64,000 bases of DNA, taken from assembly GCA_963702425.1 (NCBI GenBank), contig CAVPCQ010000016.1, forward strand, positions 96,001 through 160,000. The letters are read 5' to 3'. The notes beneath the pieces were generated by a model. The model ran no database searches, was not told the origin of the DNA, and was given only the letters and a program-made list of their open reading frames with translations. Of the stretch, positions 24,068 to 33,701 are shown piece by piece (the stretch's first letter is position 1; the number at the start of each line of letters is the position of its first letter). The position numbers and the translations under genes are program-made. This stretch comes from an uncultured Acidobacteriota bacterium (GTDB taxonomy: Bacteria > Acidobacteriota > Polarisedimenticolia > J045).

Positions 24068-25429
24068 GCCGGTCCCTTCTCGGCCAGGAAGTATCGCCGC
24101 CGGGGATCCTGAGGTCCGGTGCCGATCTCGCGCACGAGCCCGCGGCCGACGAGGCGGGCGAGCCGCGTGCGGGTAGCGCGCGGGAGAGAGGCCGATGGCC
24201 GCGGCGATCTCGCTCGTGGCGAGGCCCTGGGCTCCGCCGAGCGCGTCCAGGATGGCCTGGTCCGTGTCCTCGACCGCCCTCGGGCCGACCCGGGTCGTGG
24301 CGATGGTGACACGAAAGCGCGTGGCGATCTCCTCGAAGACCGGCGCGGGGAGCCCGGCCGCCTGACACGCGGCGGTCATGCGCTGGATACCGCTCCCCCA
24401 TTGCTCGATCAGGCCGAGCGCGTGGAAGACCCGGCCGATCACGCGGTTGCGCAGCTTCGAGACGCCGCGCGGCAGGTCCTCGATCGTGAGACCGAAGGGC
24501 AGGAGCCCGGGATTCTCGATCTCGAGGCGGTCGTCGAAGATCGAGAGGCGGATCGGCGCGCCGCGCTGGGCGTAGTCGGTGTGGACCACCGCGTTGATGA
24601 CGGCCTCGCGCACGGCCTCGGGGGGCACGCTCCAGTGGTCCTTCCGGCGCACCGCGCCGATCGCGGCGCCGTGCCAGGCGTGCTTCTGTACGAAGGCGAC
24701 GGATTCCTCCACGCCGCGCGCCGGGAAGGAGCGGATCTCGGCACGGTCGAGGATTCGGCTCTTGTCGATGCCTGCGAAGCGCCCCGCCTGGATCCAGGCG
24801 TCCGGGAAGTGCCGCTCGCGCTCCCGCCCGAAGAGGATCATCCCGCCCACGGTCGGCACCTTGCGGCCCTGGTGTTCCGTGACGAGGCGCAAGGTCTCCA
24901 GATCGCGACGGGCGAGCGCGCGGACGGGGGCGAACGACTCGGAAGCCGCTCGGAAGTCGAGGGCTTCCGAGTCGAGCCCCGGCATGGGCTGCTCGTCGAA
25001 GCCCTCGCCCCGCGCGAAGCGGCGCAGTTCCTCGATCAGTTCGGCGTCGGCGCGCCGATTCGTGGAGCCCACCCGCACGTAGACACCGGCGGTGGGCCCT
25101 TCGCGGATCAGGTGGTGCGGCCGGCTCGGGCTCGGATGGACCTGCAGGGCCAGCACCTGCGACCGGCGCCAGGGCAGGATCTCGATCTCCGGGACGAGGC
25201 GCGGGCTGATGCGGTCGCTGACGAGGCTGGCCAGACGCTCCTCCAGGTCGAGGGCGTCGGGCACGCCGCGGACGTGGCGGGTGCGGTCCTCCACGCCGAC
25301 GAGCAGCGTGCCGCCGGCCGTATTGGCGAAGGCGACGATCGTCTTGAGCGCCCCGTCCGGGGAGGACAGGTCACGCTTGAACTCCAGCGTCTTGCCCTCG
25401 GGGCGTTTGAGGATCTCGACCAGGTCCAT
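24064..25429 (-). CDS. AlbA_2/Schlafen-like + HATPase_c_4 (RecG-C-like) + HTH protein (frameshift near 24180)
   Basis: EGKTLEFK, IVAFANTAGGTLLVGV, REAVINAVVHTDY, IENPG, RN...LIEQWGSG, C-terminal HTH. Confidence 0.85.
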
Positions 25430-26609
25430 GGTGCTCGGCAATATACTCGGAAGCACCGCACGGTATCAAGCTTCCGAGTCGACGAGCGGGCAGGCGCGGT
25501 TGCTGGTGTGACCAATGCTCCGGTTCAGCGGCGGGGGCGAGCGGCGAAACCGCTCCGCCACCGTCCGCTGCAGCGGCTTCTTCGCCCGAAGCCTTCTCAG
25601 CTCGCTTTCTCTCTTCCTGCTCGTTGATTTCCTGAACCCACTTCTCGATCTCTTCCTGAGAGCTCTCCCAGAAAATAGAGCGGAAGATCGGGGCCCTTCG
25701 CTCAATGAGGAACTGGTTGTTCGAGATGTCCTGAATCAGCTTCGTGACCGGTCCGCGGACGCGGAAAATGCCCTCAAGAGCCGCGTCAGCGAAGTGCTGG
25801 TAGACCCCGCTGTTCTGCTTTCGAAGCTCGTCGTGTGGCGCTGTAAGGAGCTTCGCGAGGTAGTCGAGCTTCTGGAAGCTGAGTAGTGTCTGCTTGAGGA
25901 TGTAGTTGGCCTCAAGCCCGATATCAACGTACTGACTCGTCAGGATGTCCTCCGTAGCCCGAGTGAACACCCCGAGAATCGGCCAGGCAGGATCAAGGAG
26001 ATGGTGCTTGTTCCGAATGATGGTCGTGGCGTTGTCGTGGAGTTCCGCGTGAAGAGCGCTGAGTCTGCGGAGAATGTCGTGGCGCTCATAGTCAAACAAC
26101 AGATAGCTACGGTTTTTCAGATAATCCCCGATGGGGCTATCTGCACGATCAGGATCGTCCTGTAGCTTCTTCAAGAGGCGCTTCATATCTTTCTTGAACG
26201 TCGTGAGACCTTTGATTTCCGGATTGTACTCAATGGCACCGTAGCCTGCCAAATCGCTTGGGATATGCGCAAGGCACTGGGTGATTAGGATCGTCCGATT
26301 CCGGAGAGTGTGGCGTACTCCCAGCTCGTAGAAAACGTTCGGGTTTCGATCCGTGAGGTCGGCGACGACGACGTCCGCCGCGAATAAGTTCGTGAGTATG
26401 TCCTTGATGAAGGGTCCACCCAGTATGCTTGAACGCTCGCAATCGTAGCCCAGACCGGAGCCCGTAATCGCCGGCGCAATGAGCTCCTCGAACACTACTG
26501 TCCAGTCGCCGCACGACGGAGTGGGCGAGAAAGGCATGATGACAAAAGCCTTCTTCTTCACCCTCTCCTTGTTGGCGCCTGCAGGGCGTGCTCTTTTCGT
26601 GTCAGTCAT
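25371..26609 (-). CDS. Nucleoside 2-deoxyribosyltransferase/TIR-like domain protein with uncharacterised C-terminus (cassette ORF)
   Basis: AFVIMPF, ADVVVADLTDRNPNVFYELGVRH; lower GC than the flanks. The ORF runs through the degenerate attC, so its true end is uncertain. Confidence 0.7.
   Translation of the reverse strand: MTDTKRARPAGANKERVKKKAFVIMPFSPTPSCGDWTVVFEELIAPAITGSGLGYDCERSSILGGPFIKDILTNLFAADVVVADLTDRNPNVFYELGVRHTLRNRTILITQCLAHIPSDLAGYGAIEYNPEIKGLTTFKKDMKRLLKKLQDDPDRADSPIGDYLKNRSYLLFDYERHDILRRLSALHAELHDNATTIIRNKHHLLDPAWPILGVFTRATEDILTSQYVDIGLEANYILKQTLLSFQKLDYLAKLLTAPHDELRKQNSGVYQHFADAALEGIFRVRGPVTKLIQDISNNQFLIERRAPIFRSIFWESSQEEIEKWVQEINEQEERKRAEKASGEEAAAADGGGAVSPLAPAAEPEHWSHQQPRLPARRLGSLIPCGASEYIAEHHGPGRDPQTPRGQDAGVQA
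25440..25479 (-). promoter_or_regulatory. Putative sigma70 promoter overlapped by a 10-bp inverted repeat
   Basis: Minus strand TTGATA-N18-TATATT, 10 nt before ATG 25429; ACTCGGAAGC-N15-GCTTCCGAGT at 25445-25479. Confidence 0.55.
25510..25586 (-). mobile_element. Degenerate attC-like site
   Basis: GGCGAAG-AAGCCGCTGCAGCGGACGG...CCGCTGAACCGGAGC-ATTGGTC; shares inner boxes with the other attC sites, but the core sites are mutated. Confidence 0.6.
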
Positions 26610-26620
26610 CTCATTCTCCG

Positions 26621-26679
26621 GCCGAACGCTCAGCACAGCATGGACGCGCAGCGCCGTCCGCTGCATGCTGTTGTTAGCG
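26621..26679 (-). mobile_element. attC site (59 bp)
   Basis: CGCTAAC-AACAGCATGCAGCGGACGGCGCTGCGCGTCCATGCTGTGCTGAGC-GTTCGGC. Confidence 0.8.
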
Positions 26680-26692
26680 TCCTCGCGCTGAG

Positions 26693-27610
26693 TCAGACGG
26701 GCGCACCCAGAGCCCCCTGTGTGCCTGATGAGAACTCAGTGTAAAAACACACATGACCAAGAAACGCGCCCAACTCATCAATCGATATCTTGTGCTCAAC
26801 AACATCCTGGGGCGAGATCACGATTGTTAGCCGATCGGCAAACACGCGTTCAGAGCACGCGGCAACGAACGACTTCACGATCTCTCTGACTACTTGCTCC
26901 CTAGTCTGGGGTAACCGTGAGAACCCGGTGCCAAGCACGGGCATCACAAGTCGCTCCTTCAGGCCGCGAGATCCAACGTAGACCCAGAGCTCTGCTAGCG
27001 AGATCCGGAGTCTCTCGAAGCTACCCTCAGCAACTCCATGCTCGTTGATGTCCGCAATGGCTACAAAGTACGCGGTGCGGCCCTTTGGGTTGAGCCGGAC
27101 CACCGTTCCGATCGGGTATCGGTCCGACTTGCCCTGGCGCTTGCCAGGAAGTTGCTGCGCCTTGCCAGCGTCCAGCCCGGCAGCAATCTCGTCGTCCAGT
27201 TTCATCTCGTCAGCGAAGTACCGTCTAGTGAAGGCGCCTTGAACACTGCTTTCCGCGATGAGGGTTGGGGCAAGGCGCGTATCAAATGTTGTGTTGCTTC
27301 CTACGATTATGGCGCCATCAAACGAGAACACGTCGCCAATAGCAATTTCCACGGTGACATCTCGCCCGTTCAGCTTCTGCGCGACTGCTGTCTTGGGGTG
27401 GCACATCATGATTGCTATTGCTGCACCGATAATGCCGAACATCCACCAGTGATCGCGCAACCACTGTGGAATCGAGGTGGAAGCGAAGAAGAACGTGGTG
27501 ATTTCAACGAACAGCCACAACGTCCCGAAGGCGCTGAGGACAGCGGTGGCGGCGCGGGCAGAGAACAGTCCCCGAAGCCATGCGTCGAGTGTGAATCGCA
27601 AGCGTTGCAT
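26693..27610 (-). CDS. thsA: Thoeris ThsA-type effector: N-terminal TM helices plus Macro domain
   Basis: Two hydrophobic N-terminal segments, then IAIGDVF, IVGSNTTFDT, SVQGAF, YPIGTV, MPVLGTGFSR; start overlaps the TIR gene stop. Confidence 0.8.
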   Translation of the reverse strand: MQRLRFTLDAWLRGLFSARAATAVLSAFGTLWLFVEITTFFFASTSIPQWLRDHWWMFGIIGAAIAIMMCHPKTAVAQKLNGRDVTVEIAIGDVFSFDGAIIVGSNTTFDTRLAPTLIAESSVQGAFTRRYFADEMKLDDEIAAGLDAGKAQQLPGKRQGKSDRYPIGTVVRLNPKGRTAYFVAIADINEHGVAEGSFERLRISLAELWVYVGSRGLKERLVMPVLGTGFSRLPQTREQVVREIVKSFVAACSERVFADRLTIVISPQDVVEHKISIDELGAFLGHVCFYTEFSSGTQGALGAPV

Positions 27611-28113
27611 TACAGGCCAAGCCCGCTGTAGACGGTCTCGTTATAGTAGTAGGGCCCGGTCCTATTCGCGCGGCGGTTCTCCATGTCAGAGGCCGGCCAG
27701 TTGTCGAGGGCATGCTGCATGATCGCCACATTGAAGCTTACGTGAACGGCAAGCTCACTCTGAAGCACTGGCGGACACCTGTCCGCATCCATAGAGCGTC
27801 TACCATTGAGGTTCACGGCAATGATCGGCAGCTGCCGACTGATCGCCTGCTCAATTTCCCAACGCACGAACTTGGTGAGGTATCTCGTACGTTCCCCGAC
27901 GAGCAGCACGAATACCTTGGTGTTGCGCATCCGCTCAGCGAGTTGCGCCTTGATCGACGCTTCCTGGCTGGAGTCGCGCGCAGTATTCAAGTCGTGGGCG
28001 TCATAGAAGTTGAAGGTGATGCCGTCGTTCTGCTTCCACGCCTGCATCAGCCGGTAGTACGACATGTCTGAGTCTCCATCGAAGGAGACGAAGGTCTTAT
28101 TGCGATAGGGCAT
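27610..28113 (-). CDS. thsB: Thoeris ThsB-type TIR domain protein (MTH538/DUF1863-like)
   Basis: YRNKTFVSFDGD, FYDAHDL, VLLVGERT, VRWEIEQA (catalytic Glu). Confidence 0.85.
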   Translation of the reverse strand: MPYRNKTFVSFDGDSDMSYYRLMQAWKQNDGITFNFYDAHDLNTARDSSQEASIKAQLAERMRNTKVFVLLVGERTRYLTKFVRWEIEQAISRQLPIIAVNLNGRRSMDADRCPPVLQSELAVHVSFNVAIMQHALDNWPASDMENRRANRTGPYYYNETVYSGLGL

Positions 28114-28132
28114 GCTCAGTCCTCCCTCGCGG

Positions 28133-28196
28133 CGCTAGCGCCCCGGTTCAGGGGCAGTTCGCGAAGCGGCCCGTCCGCTGCAACCGGTTGCTAGTT
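28133..28196 (-). mobile_element. attC-like site overlapping the Abi gene stop
   Basis: AACTAGC-AACCGGTTGCAGCGGACGG...CTGAACCGGGGC-GCTAGCG; arms CCGGTT(G)CAG / CTGAACCGG with one extrahelical base. Confidence 0.75.
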
Positions 28197-29030
28197 GGTT
28201 CCTTTCGAAACATTGTAGTCTTTTGTTTCCACGATGAACTCAGCGAGCGTCTTTGCCGCGTTCACCACTAGGACTGCGTGTCGTTTCGCGGGCTGATAGG
28301 AGCGCACGTGCGCGTCGCCCATCTTATTTCGGAGACCCGCCAATCCAGAAACGACGCTCGTCAGACCGCCAAGTACTTGCTTCAGTGGCTCCGCGATGTC
28401 GGTTCGGCCGGGTTCGAGATTGAGGAGCTTCTGGACACGCTTGTACAGCTTCGTGAGGTCGCCGTCATACGGCGGTAGGCTCTCTTCCGAGAGTTCCTGC
28501 TCGACGTCGGATAGAACAGCCTCCAGGAGCGACCGGGCGTTGGTGATGGCGCCATCGAAGTCGTTCTCAGCCAGCTTCCTATCGCACTTCTTGCTCTGTT
28601 GTTCGATGAAGAGCTGATTGATCTCGCGAGATGCTTCCGAAAGGTAGTTGAAGGCAACCGCGCCGCCGGTGAGACTCCGCACGGAGAGGAACTCGCCGTC
28701 GCGGGCGATCTCAAGCCCGTCGTATTTCAGGTAGTCGTTCAAGTAGGAAACCGCGTTGTCGCGCGGATTCTCGAACTCGAGCCATTCACGTGGATCGAAA
28801 ACTGTGCGGATCAGGGCTGGGAGCTGCGCCGTACCGTTCAAGGCTCGAATCTTCTCCTCCGCGTAGTACCAGCGGGAAGGAAAACCTTGGCCGTAGACGT
28901 CGTTCGCGCCGAACTCGTTGAACAACCGGACGAGGACCGGTCCGCTCTTGTAGGGCGAAACATGGGAGTCGCCCGTGACGATCTTCGCAAGGGCCGAAAT
29001 GCTGCGTTCGGAGATCTTCATGCGTGCCAC
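28191..29030 (-). CDS. Abortive infection family protein (Abi_C, HEPN-like; AbiJ-like N-terminus)
   Basis: GAITNARSLLEAV, LTKLYK, LRNKMGDAH (RxxxxxH), VNAAKTLAEF. Confidence 0.8.
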   Translation of the reverse strand: MARMKISERSISALAKIVTGDSHVSPYKSGPVLVRLFNEFGANDVYGQGFPSRWYYAEEKIRALNGTAQLPALIRTVFDPREWLEFENPRDNAVSYLNDYLKYDGLEIARDGEFLSVRSLTGGAVAFNYLSEASREINQLFIEQQSKKCDRKLAENDFDGAITNARSLLEAVLSDVEQELSEESLPPYDGDLTKLYKRVQKLLNLEPGRTDIAEPLKQVLGGLTSVVSGLAGLRNKMGDAHVRSYQPAKRHAVLVVNAAKTLAEFIVETKDYNVSKGTN

Positions 29031-29042
29031 TTCCGGTCGGGC

Positions 29043-29152
29043 AGCTAACTAGACTTCATTTGCGGTCGGGCTAACCCACTTCGGGCCGCGAGACTGTCGA
29101 CCAAGCAGGCGCACCCCGGCTCTTTCTACGCCGGCATCCCCCGCGCCGTCAA
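29043..29152 (-). promoter_or_regulatory. attI-like head of the cassette array with a possible Pc-like promoter
   Basis: GTTAGCT at 29043-29049 just before the first cassette, a second GTTAGCC at 29069-29075, and upstream TTGACG-N18-TAGAAA (29152-29123). No intI nearby. Confidence 0.4.
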
Positions 29153-29233
29153 CGCTTACGCGGCAAGGCGCCGCGGTTTCCCCGCGTTATCCGCCGGATT
29201 CACGCTACCGCCTTGACCGGGTCACGCCCCCAG

Positions 29234-30658
29234 TCACCACCGCGAGCCCCGGGAGCAGCGCCCTCCCGAAGGCGCGCACCCCCCTACGACCCCACCCGCC
29301 GCGCCCCCCACCCCGATCCCCGCGAACACCGCCGCCACCGCCAACCCCGGCACGATCGGCTCGACCCCCAGCGCCGGCCCGTCCGGCCCCGCGGCCAGCA
29401 GCCACCCCAGCGTCACCCCGCCCGACGCGAGCATCGCCGGCGCCACCAGCCGCGGGTGCGAGCGCCAGCGCGGGTGCAGCGCCCCCAGCAGCGGAAACAG
29501 CAGCACCGCGGTCCCGACGCTGCCGAAGCCGTACCACAGCGCGACGACCGACTCGGAGGCCAGCGCGATCCCCGCCGCGACCGCCGCCGACAGCACGACC
29601 CCGATCCGCGACCAGCGCACCTGGTCGGCCCGCCCGCCGGAGAGCCGCCACACCAGGTCGCGCCCGATCGTCACGCCGCCGACCAGCAGGAACGAGTCGA
29701 CCGTCGACATCACCGTGGCCAGCATCCCGGCGTAGAACAGCCCGAGCAGCCCGGCGGGCAGCAGCGCCTCGCCCAGCGCGGGGAAGGCGTCGACGCCGCT
29801 CGGCAGCGCCGGGAGCAGCGCCCGGGCGCACATCCCGGTGAAGGTCGTCAGCCCGTCGAAGAGTGCGAAGCAGCCGATCGCCGCCAGGATCCCGAGCTGC
29901 GCGACGCGCGGGCTCCGGGCCGCGAAGCAGCGCTGGTAGAAGGTCGGCTCGACCAGCGTCTGCAGCGCGATCAGGTACCAGGCCAGGACCCAGCCCGCGC
30001 CGCGCCCGCCGTCCCACGCCAGCATCTCGGCCGGGAGGCTCGCGCTCAGCCCCGTCCAGCCGCCGGCGCGGCCGAACGCGACCGGCAAGAGCAGCGCGAA
30101 GCCGCCGTACATCAGCACGAACTGCAGCCCCTTGGTCTCGACCACCGAGCGGAAGCCGCGGGCCACGATGTAGGCCAGCGTGAAGAGCGTCGCCAGCACG
30201 ATCGCCGTGCCCTGCCCGATCCCGGCCATCCGCCGCAGCAGCACCCCCAGCATCAGCAGGTAGGCCGCGGGCGAGGTCAGCGCGAAGACCGTCGCGGTCC
30301 CGATCACGCCGGCGGCGCGGCCGTAGCTCGCGAACAGCAGGTCGGGGATCGTGTAGTCCTCGCTGGCGCGCGCCCGCCTGGCCAGGAAGAGCGCGAACAG
30401 CAGCGCGGCGACGTAGTACGGCGCGCCCAGCACCAGCCAGTTGGAGATCCCGTAGGTGTAGGAGTACTCGCCGACCCCCAGCACGCCGCCGTACCAGGTC
30501 GCGACCAGCGTCACGACGAAGGCCGTCAGCGAGAGGGTCCGCCCGGCGACGAGGTACTCGTCGGTCCCCTGCCCTGCGCGCCGTCGCCCGCCGCGCGCGC
30601 CCAGCCAGAGGGTCGCGGCGAGGTAGGCCGCGACGACGAGCAGGTCGGCCGCGTGCAT
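29234..30658 (-). CDS. Sodium:solute symporter family protein (probably thiamine or precursor uptake)
   Basis: YLVAGRTL, ATWYGG, YQRCFAARS, ATVMSTVDS; coupled to the TonB receptor below a TPP riboswitch. Confidence 0.85.
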   Translation of the reverse strand: MHAADLLVVAAYLAATLWLGARGGRRRAGQGTDEYLVAGRTLSLTAFVVTLVATWYGGVLGVGEYSYTYGISNWLVLGAPYYVAALLFALFLARRARASEDYTIPDLLFASYGRAAGVIGTATVFALTSPAAYLLMLGVLLRRMAGIGQGTAIVLATLFTLAYIVARGFRSVVETKGLQFVLMYGGFALLLPVAFGRAGGWTGLSASLPAEMLAWDGGRGAGWVLAWYLIALQTLVEPTFYQRCFAARSPRVAQLGILAAIGCFALFDGLTTFTGMCARALLPALPSGVDAFPALGEALLPAGLLGLFYAGMLATVMSTVDSFLLVGGVTIGRDLVWRLSGGRADQVRWSRIGVVLSAAVAAGIALASESVVALWYGFGSVGTAVLLFPLLGALHPRWRSHPRLVAPAMLASGGVTLGWLLAAGPDGPALGVEPIVPGLAVAAVFAGIGVGGAAGGVVGGCAPSGGRCSRGSRW

Positions 30659-32953
30659 CAGAAGCCGGCGGAGAGGCCCAGCCACCAGGCGCGGACCGCG
30701 GCCGGGTAGAACTCGGTGTAGAAGGCCGTGAAGGTCGGATCCGGGTAGGAGTAGCCCATCGTGACGTACTGGCGGTCGAAGAGGTTGTCGAACCGCCCCT
30801 CGAGCGCGAGCGCGCGCACCCCCTTCGGCGCGTACTTCGTCAGGTCCCAGGCCACCCGCAGGTCGGCCACCGCCCAGGGATCGACCTGCTTGGCGACGTA
30901 CCCCGGCGCTTCGCGCAGCGCCGGGTTCTTGCGCTCGTTCTGGCTGTTGTCGGTGTAGATCGGGCCGACCCAGCGCCCGCCGAGCTGGACCAGTCACCGG
31001 CCCGAAGCCGCGGCTGGCGACGAGCCGCCCCTGCCAGACCGGAAAGAGCGCGATCCGGTTTCCGGCCTGGTCGACCCGCACTCCGTCGCCGCGCACGACC
31101 AGGTCGACGATCTCGTCGCGGCTGTACGCACCCCAGCCGCTGAGCTGGATCAGCCACGGGAGCCGGACCGCGCCCTGCAGCTCGATCCCCTGGTGGACCG
31201 TCTGGCCCGCGTTGACGGTCTGCGGGTTGCCGTCGTCGTCGATTCCCGCGCCGTAGACCAGCTCGTCGCGGAAGTCCATCCGATAGAGGTTCACGCCGAA
31301 GCTGGCCGTGCCGCGCGCGTAGCCGGCGCCGACCTCGTACGAGCGCAGCCGCTCGGGCTTGGCGTACGGGTCGGCGTAGCTGGTCAGGCTCCGCCGGTCG
31401 GCGAAGAGCGTTTCGGGCCGGACGAACGGGTCCTGCTGGTCCCAGATGTCGCGCGTGCGCGGCTCGCTGGCGGCCGCGGAGGCGGAGGCGTAGAGGTTCC
31501 ACTCCCCGCTGACGTTCCAGTTGACGCCGAGGCGCGGCAGCAGGAAGGCGTAGCTCGCGTCGTAGGACAGGCCGCGGATCTGGTCGTCCTTCATCGCGTA
31601 GCGATGGAAGGCGGCGGCCAGCTCTCCGCTGACGACCAGGCTCGGGGTGGCGCTCCAGGCCTCGCGCACGTAGACGGTCGCGGTGCGCTTGGTGTTGACG
31701 TAGTCGTAGAGCGGCAGGTCGCCCTGGATCGGCTCGCCGCCGACGCGGCCCTCGTTGACGTCCCCCTCGTGGTGGCCGCGGTAGGCCCGCAGCTCGAGCC
31801 CGGCGACCAGCTCGCCGTTCCCGTGCTGCCAGGCCACGCGCGGGATCCAGCCCAGCTGCCGCTCGGTGATCTCCCGCCTGCGCCAGGCCCCGTCGACCTC
31901 GACGGCCTCGGTCGGAAAGCCCGAGGGATCGTAGGCCGTCGCGGCGACGAAGACCGGGCTGTACTGGCGGAAGTAGCCGCCGCCCCCGACCAGGTAGGCG
32001 GTGTTGGAGAGCGCCAGGTCCGGGCGGATCTGCCAGTCGTTGATCACCTCGAGCCGCGGCTGGAAGTAGTGGTCGACTTCCCCGGGCTTGAGGAAGTTCA
32101 CCCTGCGGTCGACCGCCGCATCGCCCGTCACCGCGCCGTCGAGGTACTCCTTCGGGACGCCGAGGTACGCCAGTTGCAGGTCCTCCGGCCCGCCGTAGAG
32201 GTGGATCCGCGTCAGCGAGCGCTCGCCGAAGTGCTCGACCGCCAGGAACGCCATCGCGTGGCGCGTCCAGGCGTCGTCGCGGTAGCCCGCGCTGGTGATC
32301 CGCGACGCGCGGGCCAGCCAGGCCCACTCCGTGCCGAGCGGGCCGCCGTACTCGAGCGCCACGCGGTCGGTCCCGAACGAGCCGGCGCCCAGCAGCACCT
32401 GCCCCTGCCCGGCGCGCGACAGGTGCGCGGTCTGCATGTTCACCGAGCCGCCGACCGCCGGCGAGCCGTACTGCGTCATCCCCGGGCCGCGCTTGACTTG
32501 CAGCGCGTCGAGCGACCCGGCCAGGCCCGCGTAGTCGACGAAGTAGACCTGCTGCGCCTCCGGCGTGTTGAGCGGCACGCCGTTGACCGTCACCGCGATC
32601 CGCCGCTGGTCGAAGCCGCGCAGGCTGAAGTAGCTGTAGCCGACCCCGTTGCCGGCGTCGCTGTAGGCGTAGCCGTTGGGCAGCTCGGCCAGCAGCATCG
32701 CCGTGTCCTGCGCGCGGTCGAGCGCCTCGATCTGCTGCCTGTCCAGCTCGGAGAAGGAGATCGCGTCGCGCCGCGCCTCGGCGCGGGTCGCGGTCACCGT
32801 GACCTCCTCGACGATCTCCGGCGGCTTCGGCGCGGGCGCGTCGGACGACGCCGGCGGCGACGACGCGGTCCCGTCCGGGTCCGCGCCGAACGCGGCCGGG
32901 ATCGCGGCCAGAAGGGCGAGCAACACGAGGGAGCGAGCCACGACGCCTCCCAC
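30658..32953 (-). CDS. TonB-dependent receptor, TPP-regulated (frameshift near 30990)
   Basis: EEVTVTATR, SDAGNGVGYSYFSLRGFDQRRI plug, NLFDRQY, C-terminal Phe (LSAGF). Confidence 0.88.
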
Positions 32954-33011
32954 CGGGCCCGCGCAGGAGGAAGACGGCTCGCAGGGATCGAGGGGATCGC
33001 GGCGGCACGTC

Positions 33012-33092
33012 CCGTTTCCCTACGCTGGTATGACCCAGATCAGGTTCTAGGGTGTTCTCTCAGCCCGGTTGTCTCCCGGGCACCCCTAACGG
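33012..33092 (-). ncRNA. TPP riboswitch
   Basis: AGGGGTGC...GCTGAGA...ACCC-TAGAACCTGATCTGGGTCATACCAGCGTAGGGAA matches the TPP aptamer consensus. Confidence 0.95.
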
Positions 33093-33164
33093 AACGGCTC
33101 GACCTTACGCCTCCGGCGCGGGGCGGGCAAGCGCCGACCGGCCGGGAGGCGCCCCGCTGGCGGC

Positions 33165-33701
33165 TCAGGGCTGGTCCGGGTAGGCCTCGGCGTACATCTT
33201 CTGGTTCTCGCGGATCGTGCGCCGCGCTTCGGCCGGGTTGAGGAAGTCGTGGACCACGACCTCCTTCTCCTCGAGCTGCTTGTAGTCCTCGAAGAAGCGC
33301 CGCAGCTCGCGCAGCTTGTGGCTGGGGAGCTGCTCCAGCGAGTGGATCTCCGCGACCTCGGGGTCGTCGACGTGGACCGCGATGATCTTGTCGTCGAGCT
33401 TCCCCTGGTCGGTCATGCGCATCATCCCGATCGGCCGGGCCCGCATGATCGCGCGCGGCACCACTTCTTCCTGGCCGAGGACGAGGATGTCGAGCGGGTC
33501 GCCGTCGTCGCAGTAGGTCCGCGGGATGAAGCCGTAGTTGGCCGGGTAGTGGACCGCGCTGAACAGGACGCGGTCGACCTTCAAGAGGCCGCTCGTCTTG
33601 TCCAGCTCGTACTTGACCTTGGAGCCCTTCGAGATCTCGATCACCGCGTTGACGATCTCGGGGCAGTGCTCGCCGATCGGGACCTCGTGCCAGGGGTTCA
33701 T
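33165..33701 (-). CDS. ppa: Inorganic pyrophosphatase (family I)
   Basis: [34 protein letters not shown]. Confidence 0.95.
   Translation of the reverse strand: MNPWHEVPIGEHCPEIVNAVIEISKGSKVKYELDKTSGLLKVDRVLFSAVHYPANYGFIPRTYCDDGDPLDILVLGQEEVVPRAIMRARPIGMMRMTDQGKLDDKIIAVHVDDPEVAEIHSLEQLPSHKLRELRRFFEDYKQLEEKEVVVHDFLNPAEARRTIRENQKMYAEAYPDQP

Noticed and set aside
23432-25456. AlbA_2-HsdR fusion in the ORF track
   Set aside because: A frameshift near 24180 joins them. The AlbA_2 gene ends at 24064 and hsdR has its own ATG at 24067.
29050-29233. Integron integrase or a remnant next to the attI-like site
   Set aside because: Under 200 bp separate the array from the symporter, and no tyrosine recombinase motifs are visible.
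29234-32953. 1239-aa TonB receptor-symporter fusion in the ORF track
   Set aside because: Caused by a frameshift near 30990. The receptor has its own Phe-ending C-terminus and a stop at 30658-30660 overlapping the symporter ATG.
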